Assembly: GCF_001447785.1 (NCBI RefSeq)
Contig: NW_015169189.1
Span: 390,354 to 454,353 of the forward strand
From: Gekko japonicus
Taxonomy: Eukaryota
DNA length: 64,000 bases
Reading direction: 5' to 3'
Shown here: piece by piece, positions 47,640 to 59,652 of the stretch
How the letters are laid out: each line of letters starts with the position of its first letter
Numbering within the stretch: the first letter of the stretch is position 1
Program-made: the position numbers and the translations under genes
The notes under the pieces: generated by a model
What the model saw: the letters and a program-made list of their open reading frames with translations, nothing else
The model's database searches: none
What the model was told of the DNA's origin: nothing

Positions 47640-50307
47640 TTCTAGGCAGTAGATAAACTGCTGCACTCTGCACTAGCAAAATTTTCTGAATTGTCTTCAA
47701 GGGCAGCCCTGAATATACAACATGTTAACAATAGTTCCTCCTGAGGGTTACTGCGGCATGTATCAGTGTCGCTGATGCAAGGGAGTAAGCCGGCTTCTAA
47801 GCCAAATCAAGGTGAGGGAAAGCATTCTTAGCCACTAAGGTGACCAGTTTTTCTACTTACAACACAAGAGGTCACTTAACTCCCAGACTCACCACTGAAT
47901 TAACCCAGTTTTTATTTAAGTGTGATCTTTATTCTGACATAAAATCTTAGATCCAGGATCAAAAAGAGGTTCAGTTTGGTTTAGCTAAATGGCTTTTACA
48001 ATTACTGTTTTATTTGTCCAGTTGAAATATATAGGGAAGGTGTAAATGTGTTCTCATTACCAACGGTATCACGTCACAAGCACTGACAAACAGTAATATA
48101 ACTGCTAGCAAGAGTTCATGCAACAGTCTATACAATATCCCAAGACACAAAAATCTTTCATATTTTAATCAACATATTATGCTTTGAATGCTGGGAAAAA
48201 TATTATTTCACCACAACACTACTGTGGAAAGGCATTTTAGACACATTTCATCTATGAAAGAATGAATAATAGAATGGAAAAGCCTGTATTTGCCATACAC
48301 ATGGTAAATTGTCTGTACTTGTTCCGTAGCTGGTTGCACTTGTTTCAGTGTGGTAGCTGTTTACAAACAAAGAATGATGTGGTTTCACAGAATGTAATAT
48401 TAATCATGTTGACTTGCCTTAAAAAAATTAAGAGATTAATTGGTTTTATTTAGTGACTTATTTGTTTATTGTGGTAGCAGTTAAAAATAGATAACCAGAG
48501 GCTAATAAATGTTAATGATCCCATTCACTCTTAGAAAATCAATTGCTCATGATTATAGCACATCTCAGGGTATTGTTTTTGAGCAAAAGAATTTAACACT
48601 AAGAGTATTTTGAGGAGAGTAGTAAGCTCTCAGACAACTTTGTTCTATCATTGCCAGTTTTATAAATGATTTCCCAGTAAGCAAACAGTCCTTTTGAAAA
48701 AAGATATAAATCTGAAAAGCATATTCCTTTCCTGATAAAGACAGTAGGCTGGAATAATTATTAGTATGCCCTTGAAACACATGGTTTTATATTGGCTTAA
48801 ATTGTATGGTTGTGACCTTGGAGTTCTGTGTGAGCTGTGGTTGTCCCAATCCATTCAACAGTAAGAAACTTGCTTCACATGTGCTTTGTTTGTTGTACAG
48901 TTATACATTTTAGGGTCCCCATATTCTGGAGAAAGAAGGCCAATTATTTATTATTAATGATTTTTTTTTTCTGTGTTACTTCTACGGACTTGGCTCCTAG
49001 AGTTCCATGGGCAGAAGAAGGGAAACCTCTGATTCCCTGCCCCTGGCTATTCCTTCCTGGACACCCCCCATTCCCCAAGAGCAGCATTTTTGGAATGTTT
49101 TGGGATGCCCTGGGAGAGAAGAATCAGGAAAAAGCCCACCTTGCATCAATGGAAATCTAGGTGGGATCCAAGCCACTGTATATACCACAACAACCATCAA
49201 TAAACCTAATAAAATTACAATAAAGCTTTAAAATCCCAATACTAACAACACACAGCATAATAAAACCAAATAATCTATAACAACTAATGAACTCCGGCCA
49301 TGAAACCCTTCTACAACAAACCTAATAAGAGTTTCTTTGCTTAGCTTGCAAGCCTGAATATGTGCATTTTACCTTTTTTCCTGAAAATGAGTGAGAGGAC
49401 TTCAGCCTTCAGTAAATCATTCTAGAATCTTGGAGGAAATATAATAAAGGCCATGATTGAAGTAGTTGACAAAAGCAACTGCAATATCTTAATGGCCGTC
49501 TCAGTAACAGGGTGCAGGAAATGTCTCTCTTTCTTCAATCATCCCATGTAGATGATTGTCCCCCCATGTGCCCCCATGAGCAAGTATCATGTTTTAAGCT
49601 GTTATCTAATTTACCGTTATTACATTCCTTAGAGATAGGTTATTACAATTTCCATTCTACAACAGGAAAATGCAGGTTCAAAATGCCACTTCACACACAC
49701 TCATCGGTCCATGGACATAACCAGGCCCCCCATGGTCTTAGGTGAACTGGTATCTACTCTAGGAACATTTTTCTCTTTGAAATGTAAGAAGACTCAGAAA
49801 GGTTTTATAATGTGAGTAATGATAATAATATTGTATTGAGCTATTGACCAATGCTAAGCTATTAATCAAGCTAAAAAATTCTTACGATCAGTGCTCTGAA
49901 GCACTGTAAAATAATGGCATTGGTGATCAGTGATGCAAGTAGTCACAATTAAGCAGTTTAGTTGACGGATGAGGGAGCACACTTTATTTTATACTTAATT
50001 GAATTGCTGTACATGCTTGGTCACAATTGTCTCCTTCCCTATAGCTTTGGTTTTTAGCAATTTAGAGAGACACATTTCTTAGTAAAAGCAATTAAGACTG
50101 CGTTGTGTGTACATTGTACTCCAAAAGTACAAACAAGAGTTCTTCCTTTATCTGCTGCCTGGTGCAAAAATGATGAACGTGCCTGAAGATGCATCCTTCA
50201 ATGTCTTAAGAGAGGTATAAACAGAAAAGGCATTTCATTATATGAACTAAGGTAAGATAGGGAACATGCTAACACATCAGAATATTTACCAAGTATTTGG
50301 CCTATTA

Positions 50308-50449
50308 GTTGCTGTAGATTTTCCGGGTTGTGTGGCCGTGGTCTTGGCGTTGTAGAACCTGTCGTTTCGCCAGTAGCTGTGACTGGCATCCTCAGAGGTA
50401 TAACACAGAAAGATGGAGTACTCTCTGTGTCAAGCCTTCGACAACATAT
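50308..50449 (-). mobile_element. Short Penelope-type insertion carrying a hammerhead motif
   Basis: 12-bp direct repeat tatttggcctat (50294-50305, 50450-50461); contains the motif listed next. Confidence 0.75.
50357..50399 (-). ncRNA. Minimal type I hammerhead ribozyme motif, probably inactive (U16.1>A)
   Basis: ACCU-CUGAGGA-U-GCCAGU(CACAGCU)ACUGGC-GAAA-CGAC-AGGU: stems I and II and core intact; canonical form would be GAAACGUC. Confidence 0.75.
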
Positions 50450-51434
50450 TATTTGGCCTATCATTTGGGAAAAAACTGAGAGTCTGGTCACTGTGTCAAC
50501 TCTATGAGTATGCTATGGGACATCTATAAATGGAGCTGCAAAACTGCAGTCACATTTCAGCTCAGACCAGCATCTGTTTCACTGGTTGTGGAGAGTGACA
50601 GAAAGACGTTCAAAAGGGAATGTAAGCCTGAGTTTGGCAGATCACCCTAATGTATTTCTTGTTCCTTGTGCTTTGGAGGAGACTGGCTGATGCCTGGTCT
50701 GCATGTGCTACAGAATGAGGTGGCAGAATGCTGGGATGAAAGAAAAAACTATACCCACTTCAGACATTTTAAAAAGGCACTTTCCTACATTGCAAGCTCC
50801 ATGCAAATAAAATTGTGCTGCACATCAAGATAAGAGCTGAGCTGTCTCTTCTTTATGTGCTGTTTTTTATGCTTTTAGGCAGGTTTTTTTTTTCAAATGT
50901 GGGAAAGTATTCAGCAGTAGTACCCCCACCTGTAGACTGAAGTGGTATCTTCTATCCTATCACCTCTGCATTGGATCACGATTCCACAGCATTTATATGT
51001 ATAATTTATGTTATTTATGCACAAATGCTAGAGCGCCCCCTGAACGATGTGCCTGGCACAATGATGTCATTTCCAGGTGATGTAATTGTGGTGTGCATGC
51101 TTTGCACATGCACCAGAAAATCCAGGAACCCGGGCTGGAGCCCCCCACTGGCCGCCAGATAAAACCTGGCAACCCTACACTGGGACTCAAGGCAGATTAC
51201 ATAGAATAACTCCATATAATCTGTATTTGCTTCATTTATACCCTACTTTTCTCTGCAATTCGGATTGACACAGCTTACATTTTTCTCTCCTCTGTTTTGT
51301 TACCTACTCTTCTGTGGGCAGATTCTATCACTTTGCTGAAATTCTGTAGCATGTGTAATCAGTTTAAGGTGCAATCTAATACATTTATTTGGGAGTAAGT
51401 CCCATTGAAGTCAGTAAGATTTACTTCTGTCACG

Positions 51435-51614
51435 CAGGGCTCTTTTTGTAGCAGGAACTCCTTTGCATATTAGGCGACCCCCCCCCATGTAGCCAATCCT
51501 CCAAGAGCTTACAGAGCTCTTCTTACAGGGGCTACTGTAAGCTCTTGGAGGATTGGCTACATTAGGGGGGGTCACCTAATATGCAAAGGAGCTCCTGCTA
51601 CAAAAAGAGCCCTG
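51435..51614. mobile_element. Near-perfect palindromic MITE related to 1519-1921
   Basis: ~78-bp arms cagggctctttttgtagcaggaactcctttgcatattagg / cctaatatgcaaaggagctcctgctacaaaaagagccctg; no clean TSD. Confidence 0.85.
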
Positions 51615-51644
51615 CTCTGTGTATATATGCTTAGGATACTGGAA

Positions 51645-51856
51645 AATACAATTTTGCTAGGAAAAGCGGAAGGCAGCAGGAAAAGAGGAAGACCCAGCAT
51701 GAGATAGACTGACTTAATTAAGTAAGCCACGGCACTCAGTTTGCAAGACCTGAGTAAGTCTGTTAACAATAGGACATTTGGGAGTTCTTAAATCCAGGTT
51801 ACCGTAAATCAGAAGCGACTTGACAGCACTTAACACACAAACACACACACACACAT
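51645..51856 (+). mobile_element. RTE LINE 3' end with (CA)n tail
   Basis: LLGKAEGSRKRGRPSMR; same subfamily as 6889. Confidence 0.8.
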
Positions 51857-51961
51857 TTAGGATTGTACCTCATGTGTCCTTTTATTTCCATCTTTCCTTC
51901 ATTTTGTTGTTCACCCATTATTTCTCCTAAACTTACAACATTATGGACTATGTGATTATAA

Positions 51962-52297
51962 AGGTTTCCCTTGCTCGAAAGCTAGTTGAATCTGACTCTA
52001 GGGGGCGGTGCTCATCTCCATTTCCAAGCCAAAGAGCCAGCGCTGTCCAAAGACATTTCCATGGTCATGTGGCTGGCATGACTAAGCGCTGAGGCGCACG
52101 GAACGCTGTTACCTTCCCACCAAAGTGGTACCTATTTATCTACTTGCAATTTCTTGCTTTCGAACTGCTCGGTTGGCAGGAGCTGGGGCCAGAGATGGGA
52201 GCTCACTCTGGCACATGGCACTAGGGTCTTGAACTGCCAAACTACTGACCTTCCGGTCTGCAGCTCAGCGTCTTAACCTCTGAGCCACCGCGGCCCC
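51962..52297 (-). mobile_element. Full-length Sauria SINE
   Basis: Reverse complement of the 34313 family; TSD gtgattataa (51952-51961, 52303-52312). Confidence 0.88.
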
Positions 52298-53174
52298 ACC
52301 ACGTGATTATAACAACCTCTAATATCACAACAAATAAATTTCTTTTAGCGTTTTAGAATGAAGTTATATGAAGATCAGGAGGAAAAGCATAATATTTAAA
52401 TGAAAATAGTCTCACTAATGGAAAGAAAATAGATTCATAGCAAAACACCTGATATTAAAAACTCTACTCCTATGCAAACAAATCCATTGCAAAGCATGTA
52501 GGATTTTTGTATGGACTCTGATATGCCAAGAGTTTCATTTATGCAGATTAACTTGGAGCATTACAGATCCAATTTATTTTCATTTGGGCTAAAGGTTAGT
52601 ACTGAGGTTATATTACATTTCCATAAGAACTGAGGGAGGGATTATAGTGTGACATCATGTTTCACAACAGGCTATATTGTGTCCTTCCTGATAATGCATA
52701 AATTAGCATTAATTAATACATGAATTAGAATTGCCTGATCAGGTTTCCTATAGGTTGTCGCCTCTCGTATCTAACCTTCAGTAGTATGACTGAAATAGTA
52801 CTGTACCCATCCCAATCTCTTTCTAGGAACGCCAGAAAATAACTTCCTTTTGCATTCTCTTGATGTATGTGTCCTGGCTCTGAAGCTAGCAGCTATTTAT
52901 ACATGAGTGTAACATTTGAAAAGGTTTTATGCATTTAGAGCCAGATAGTGGGATCATTTTCCAGGTTTTAACACGGCTCTTATTTGCAATGTTTAGGCCT
53001 GTGTGTTTTGGATTTAGCAGATGTATTTCCTATTCAAATATTGCAACCACGCAAAAGCATCTGGTAGGCATGGTTAGAAGGATGCAATATTTCTCTTCCA
53101 AACAAGTATTGAAAAGAGAGATCAGGGAAGAGTATATTCAAACAAGACTATTGATTGTATTGATTAGTCTCAAC

Positions 53175-53786
53175 TAGAGATGGGCATGAACCCCGGTTCA
53201 AGCATGAACCAGTCTGGTCTGTGGTTCCCGAACCAGGGGTTCAGAAGAACGTGCCTCCCATGAGCCACCCATGAACCTCCATGGAGTTTCAGGAGGTTTG
53301 GGAAGGGTTCATGCAGGCTACAAAGGCATTAAATACCTTCAGAGCCCAACCAGAAGTGAGCTCTGAGGCCATTTAAAGACTGTCAGAGCCCACCACCAGC
53401 CCCATGGTCCACCCCAAGTGAGCTCCAAAGACATTTAAATGCTTTCAGAGCCCACCTCCAGGTCAGGCCAGCCCGACTGAGCTCTGAGAGTGAGCTCTGA
53501 AGGCTTTATAGGCCTTCAAAGCCCATCTCACCTGGAAGCGGGCTCCAAAGGCCTATAAAATCCTTTGGAGCTCACTCTTGCAGCTCAGTCAGGCCTACCT
53601 GACCCAGAGGTGGGCTCCGAAGGTACTTAAATGCCTTTGGAGCTCACTTCCGGGTGGGCCGAACCGCCAAACCATGAATCATAAACTGGTTTGTACAATG
53701 GAGGAGTTAATTGGAGGTTTGTGGTTCAAGGTTCAGGAAAACCCTGAACCACGAACCTCCATTTTCCAGATTCATGCCCACCCCTA
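53175..53786. mobile_element. Non-autonomous hAT element with internal tandem units
   Basis: TIR tagagatgggcatgaa / ttcatgcccaccccta; perfect TSD gtctcaac (53167-53174, 53787-53794); repeated cagagccca...gagctc units. Confidence 0.9.
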
Positions 53787-53846
53787 GTCTCAACTCTCAT
53801 GTCAGTCAACACACTAATCAACAAATACCAATGTATCGTAGTAGAG

Positions 53847-54162
53847 TAGGGTTCCCAAATCCCCCCGGGGGGCGGAATTCCCCCCGGTTTCAAGCCCCAA
53901 TTCTCGCTCCCGCGGAATCGGGGCCCGGGGGAAACCCCACCCCCGTGTGTGCGTCACCGGAAGTGACATCGCACGCTGGGGGCGGGGCGACGCCATTTGA
54001 GGGGGAAACTCTTTGTTTTCCCCTCAAATGGCGTGGCCCCGCCCCAGCGTGTGACGTCACTTCCGGTGACGCTCCGGAAGCGCGCGCGAGCACATCCCCG
54101 GCCGGCTCCCAGAGCGACAGGATGCTCCCCCGCCAGTAAGCTTTTTCGATTTGGCAACCCTA
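53847..54162. mobile_element. CpG-rich hAT MITE with internal hairpin (related to 13452)
   Basis: TIR tagggttcccaaatc / gatttggcaacccta; perfect TSD tagtagag (53839-53846, 54163-54170). Confidence 0.9.
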
Positions 54163-55027
54163 TAGTAGAGTGATCATATTAATGCATTTGAAATGTTCTT
54201 GTAAACACGGGAAAGAAAGAAAACCACAGAAGCCTCACTGGGCTTACCTTGTATGTTGTCAAGATGTTTTATTATAGATAGCTATGAAGAAGAATTTATC
54301 TGTTATGTTAAAAAAAGGAAAAGCATCATGAATCACGTTACATTTGTAAAAATGAACCTGTGGCAGCTTTGAACATTCAAAGCTGCAGTGTCTTTTGTGT
54401 GACTGGTGCTTAACACTTATTTAAGCAAAGCCACATCTAAAATGTGTTTGTTCTCATCCTTTCCTTAACACACTGAAAGAGGAACACAAGTAGAAGTCTG
54501 CTACAGACAATGAACAAGGTCAGCTTTTGATGTATTAAGTGCATGCCCAAAGCTCTTGTATTATGAAATGAATTATCATTAGAATTTCACACCTGTGGAC
54601 CCACAAGAAACTGGTGTGGAGGGGGCATCTCCCCTGCCTTTGTATGCTTCCCTCTTCTCTTTTATGTTCTCCCTCTCTTTCTGCTCCTGCCCCTTATCTA
54701 TCAATCTTCCCTCATCCCTTCCTTCTACTTTTACAATTTCTATGTCGGTCTGCCCCCCCCCTAATCTGGCAATCATCTCTCAAGTCTCAACCCCCTTTCT
54801 TCCCCCACTCGTCCTCAGAAAATCTTCCCCCTTTCCCCACTCCTTCCCAGACAATCTTCCCCCTCTGTTCTTCTCACCCCTTCTCAATTTCCTCCCTCTT
54901 TTTTCCACACCATGTTTTTTCAAGCAATCTCTCTCCCCCCCTTCGTACATTCCCCTCTTTCTCTCCCCACCATGGGAGCTGCAGCAGCTGTCCTTTTAAA
55001 ACTTTCCCTTGGGGAAACTTTCCCTTG

Positions 55028-55106
55028 GAGAAGGGAAAGGAGTTTGTAAGCCGCTCTGAGACACCTTTGGGTAGTGAAGGGCGGGGTATAAATCCAATAT
55101 CATCTT

Positions 55107-55136
<30 letters not shown>
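55028..55136 (+). mobile_element. Squam3-like SINE 3' fragment with long (TCT)n tail
   Basis: gtttgtaagccgctctgagac...gggtataaatccaat followed by (tct)n. Confidence 0.75.
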
Positions 55137-55137
<1 letters not shown>

Positions 55138-56334
55138 ATTGGTCAGACTTCAGGGAGAAGCAACATTGGAGGCGGGGTGGGGGGAGTCTTTGCTCTTCAG
55201 CCACAGCTCCAGTGCTGCTTCTCTCCACAGGTGATTAGAAGCTGGGCAAAAGTTTTTAAAAGCCAGCAGCTACAGAGAGGGGGGCTGAGAAGAAGCCTCC
55301 TCACCCACTTGTCCACCTGGCTCAGCTATCCTTTTAAAACTTTCGTGCCAGTTTCTAACCAGCCAAATGGCAGGGAGAGGAAATCCAAAAACAACATCCG
55401 TGACAAAAATAATGAAGAGTCAATAAAGATATGTTGCAAAATCATTTACAGTAGTAATTCTGTAGAAAATTCTCTTCTATTATTGCTCACACGTGGCAGG
55501 GAAAAGCAGTGCTGGAATCCTCACCGCCCACCTCCAGCGCTGCTTCTCCCCACAGTCTGGCTGGTTAGAAGCCGGCAGGAAAGTAGAGCCACCAACTGGA
55601 GGGACAAAATTCAGGAGGCCCAAGTCAGCTAGAAGGCCCCTGAAGATGGCGTCAAGAGGTATTCATGGAATGCTTTTTTTAAAAAAAAGCCCAACTAATG
55701 TAGTTCTCACTGTAGTCACTAGTGATGCAAGGAAGGCAGAACACAGAAAAGAGCTTGGCCTTTCTGCAAAGTTTACAAAAAGGCTGAAGGAAACTGCTGA
55801 TCAGATCTTGCTAAACCCATCAGCCAAGCCTGCACTGGAGCAAGGGAAGACTGATCAGGACAGGATGCAGCCCCCTAAAGAGGTCTATGGTTTCCTTTTT
55901 CCTTTAATTTCTCCTAGATTCTGCACAGCCAGATCTTGCTGAGGATCAGCCTTGTTAGTGTCTGGTAGCAAAAAACAAAAACAAACCCCCAACAACTTCT
56001 CATTGTCTTTTCCTACATTTCTCTAACTCTTTTCCACATCTCCCACTTTATTGTGCTCTCTTCCTTTCATGAGCTGCCATTCATCTATCCTCATTTCTAA
56101 TTTTTCTCCCCTCTCCCTATTTTTCAGTCTCAATGCCTCCTGGCCCATTCTGGCTGGCAACTTAGACTATATTTAATAGTAGTATAGTAACCTCTGTTAA
56201 TATTATGGACAGAAGGAGAGAGTTAATATTTCCCTATAATCTATGAAAGTAGTAAAAGGATGCTTTTCCCCGTCCACTCTTAACATGCATGTTAATCTGT
56301 CTCAGTGGTAACAAATGAGGAACAGAAGCTGGAA

Positions 56335-56560
56335 TTTATTTATTTAATTTATATCCTGCATTTATCCCCAAGGGGGACTCCAAACAGCTTACATCATTCT
56401 CCTCTCCGATACTGTTTTACCCTCACAACAAACCTGTGAAGTAGGCTAGGCTGAGAGGGTGTGATGAGGCGAAGGTAACCCAGCAAGCTTCTGTGGCAGA
56501 ATGGGGATTCAGACCTGGGTTTCCTAGATCCCAGTTTGATGCTTTAACCACTACACAACT
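56335..56560 (-). mobile_element. MIR/Squam3-like SINE
   Basis: (TTTA)n tail, ccctcacaacaaacctgtgaagtagg core, ttaaccactacac head. Confidence 0.7.
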
Positions 56561-56589
56561 TTAGCTTCCATTACAAATAGCATGGGGGT

Positions 56590-56765
56590 CTGGAGATAAC
56601 CTGGGCCAAGATATTCCAGTTCCTTTCAGTTTTGGCCCTGGAACTCCCATGATCATCCTGAGGCAGGCGGCCAATTTTGAGATTCCTAGTTTTATTTTCT
56701 GATGAAATACACCTGCCACAAATGGACAGACAGATGGACATGTGGATCCTTTTATTATTATAGAT
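56590..56765 (-). mobile_element. Helitron/Helentron-like 5' fragment
   Basis: Minus strand starts atctataataataaaagg followed by GTCY-type repeat tgtccatctgtctgtcc. Confidence 0.4.
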
Positions 56766-56786
56766 GCTAACAGCCAGCATCAGCCA

Positions 56787-56972
56787 GGGGTAGAGCTGTG
56801 GCTCACTAGCAGAGCATTTGCTTGGCATGCAGAAGGTCCCAGGTCCTGTTAAAGGATCTGGCAGTTGGTGATGTGAAAGATCTTTGCCTGAGACCCTGGA
56901 GAGTTTCTGCCAGTCTGAGTAGACAGTACTGACTTTGATGGTCTGATTCAGTATCAGGCAGCTTCGTGTGTT
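56787..56972 (+). mobile_element. tRNA-derived SINE with CR1-like tail
   Basis: gtggctcactagcagagcatttgcttggcatgcagaaggtcccagg head; ggtctgattcagtatcaggcagctt tail. Confidence 0.7.
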
Positions 56973-58004
56973 TAAATAATTTATTTTGTTACAATATTTG
57001 GTTTGAATCACGATCATATGAGTTGGTCCCAGATAGTGTCTTTGTCTGGGTTCCCATGGCAGCTCTCAGCAGCTCTACATAAAAGTTTTAAAAGTATAAC
57101 TTTTTTAAAAGTATAGCTACAAAGCCTTGTGAGTGAGCGAGGAGGATGGTGCCTTTTTACTCCCACCTCTGTAGCCACAGGTTCAGCTGGCCTTTTAAAA
57201 CTTTACTGCTAGCTTCTGACCCAGACGTGTTAAACTCATTTGTTATGAGGGCTGGATCTGACATAAATGTCACTTTGTTGGGCCGAGCCATGTGCCTGAT
57301 AGTTCATGAGGGAGGGATGCCCGGCCCTGAGTTGCATGCTTGGTGGCAGGACTAGGCCCCCAATCTGTGGAAGAAACTGCCAAAGAATGCCTCCCATGGG
57401 CCAAAGCGCAGCTGCTGCGTGGCGGGGGGGGGCATGAACACGGCAGTGGAGCTGGCTGCCAGAAGGCCCCAACACAGGATCATCTGAACCCTCCCACAAG
57501 CAAATGCTGATCCCTGTGGCCATCCAGGACAGCTGCCCTGAGCCCTGCTTGCAGGGAAAGGAGTGGGATATAAGTTGAATAAATAAGCAAGCATCCCTGG
57601 AGCTGCAGGCCGAGTGAGAGACATGAATGAGGCTGCAGTGGCTCCCAGCTTACCAGCTTACCAGTGAGGCTGTTCCAGAAGTGAAGGGATTCTTCTTGGC
57701 TGCTGCAGATCAGGTTGGTCTGCCATGGTGAAGCCACAATCAAAATGGCTCCACTCCCTGAACAGCCTCCTGTTCCTTCTCTTGCAGTTGCTCGTGAGCC
57801 ACATAAGGCTTCCTTGGGAGGTGGTGGACTCCCCTTCTTTGGAGGTTTTCAAACAGAGGCTAGATGGGCATCTGACAGCAATGCTGATTCTGCAAACTTA
57901 GGTCGATCATGACAGGGAGGGCAGGAAGGGTTGCATCAATGCTTAGTTCTTGTGGCCCTTTCTGATCACTACTTTGCTGATCACTACTTTGGGGTTAAGA
58001 AGCC

Positions 58005-59652
58005 AAAAGTCAAAATCTTTTATTACAGTCCATGACCAGAATAGTAAAATTCATAATAAAAACAACTGAAATATGAGATATAACAAATCTTATTGCTAGT
58101 ACCTGGCAACAAGGATGAACACTAATTTACAATATTAAAGTAAAAACCTCCCAGTCCAGTCAGGCCAAGGGATATCATGGTACAGTGCTTAATCAAGCCA
58201 ATCAATGCTGTAGCTAGGAATTTTTTGGCAGGGGGGTCCAGTCGGTAATTTCATTAGTGGAGCTCCATAAAAGTTCCTCCTCTAGTCTAGCAGCCAGACA
58301 AGCAAGCAAACTGGCCGCGATTCTCCCAACGTGTTGTCCCTACATCCAGAGTCCCGCTCACACTTCCTTTTCCTCCTCCCCTTTCTCTTCCTCGGCCTTC
58401 CCCCACTCAGTTTCTCAGGCTCAGTGGGGAGGATTGGGCCACCTTCCCCCCACTGCATTTCTTCCTCCTGGCCCCGTGGCTTCTGCCTGCCAAGCCCCAG
58501 AGCTGCTTGCTTCCTAGCCCCAAGAGCTGCGGCTTCTGCCCCCAACCCGAGCAGGAGCCTTTCACTTTATCTTCAGTTGGCATGGCAGCCAAGTGGTACC
58601 CCCATCTGCCCTGTGGAAGACAGCCTCCTTGAAGCTGCCTCCCCCCACATCCAAACACTCCCTGATGCAGCCTTCAGAGTACATGTGCAGGGACTCTCCT
58701 TTCTTGGCCTGTCTTAGCCAAGTCAGCTGTTCAACTCACTGTCCAGGCCCCGTGCATGGCGCTCATCCCTTCTGGGGTGTGAGGATCATCACAAGCAGGG
58801 CTGGTCGAAGAAAGTGGCAAACATGAGCAACCATGCAGTGGCAAGTCCCACAATCACCAGTGAGCGAAGCATAACATGAGCGAACTGAACAAGTCAGGCA
58901 AGCAAATAGTGACAGCTTCTTGAAGGGAGAGGGCCCGGGATAAACAGTAGGGGTCCGAGCCCCATGGGGACCCACATTAGCTATGGATTTGAGGCCAATA
59001 TATGTCTTCTAACATTTATAACTAACAGCAAATGTAGAAGAAAGGCTGCCTAATCCCTGATAAAATAAGTCTGGATTAAGGTATTAAATATCACAATAGG
59101 TATTTCCATCTTCATTGCCTGGCAAGATCTGAATAGAACAAAGTTTAATTGCTTGAGAGCAAAAATTGGCTACTTGCCGAGTTGTCTCACTACACATGTT
59201 GGACAGAAGCAAATTAATGTTAGCTGAGTCAGAAGTATCTGTAGATCGATGGAGTAATGAGAAAATATATATAGAACAAGTCCCATTGTAGAAGGAGCAA
59301 CAAAGGAACACATGCACCATCATCTCCATCTCTCTGCTATTGCAGGGGCAGAGTCTCTCTGCCCAAGGGATCCTGCAGTATCTGCCCTTGATAATTGTCA
59401 ATGGTAAAGTGGAAAATCTGCCAAGAATGAAGCCTCTTCTTTGGTTATTATTTTCCAGAGTGCATAAATAAGTAGCCAGTGTAGAGAGGTAGCATCTATC
59501 AGGTGGTGCAATATAGTTAGAAGATCTTGCAATGTCGGACTGGCATTCGATATCTTCAACTCTCTGCCTCCAAACTTGTCTGGCTATATCTTCACCCATC
59601 TGAAGGAGAACTGAAGAGGAAAATCCAAGCTGAGCAATTTTCACTTGGATAG
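58005..59652 (-). mobile_element. RTE-X-like LINE 3' end, split by a hAT element
   Basis: GRYCRIPWAERLCPCNSREMEMMVHVFLCCSFY C-terminal Cys/His motif; AATAAA-containing 3' end near 58018. Confidence 0.7.
58203..58991. mobile_element. Non-autonomous hAT-like element
   Basis: Termini caatgctgtagcta / tagctatggatttg; TSD aagccaat/aggccaat (7/8). Confidence 0.65.

Noticed and set aside
53330-53660. CRISPR-like repeat array
   Set aside because: Degenerate internal repeats of a TSD-flanked hAT element in a vertebrate intron; no unique spacers or cas genes.
54595-55138. Pro/Ser/Phe-rich ORFs
   Set aside because: Pyrimidine-rich low complexity plus SINE (TCT)n tail.
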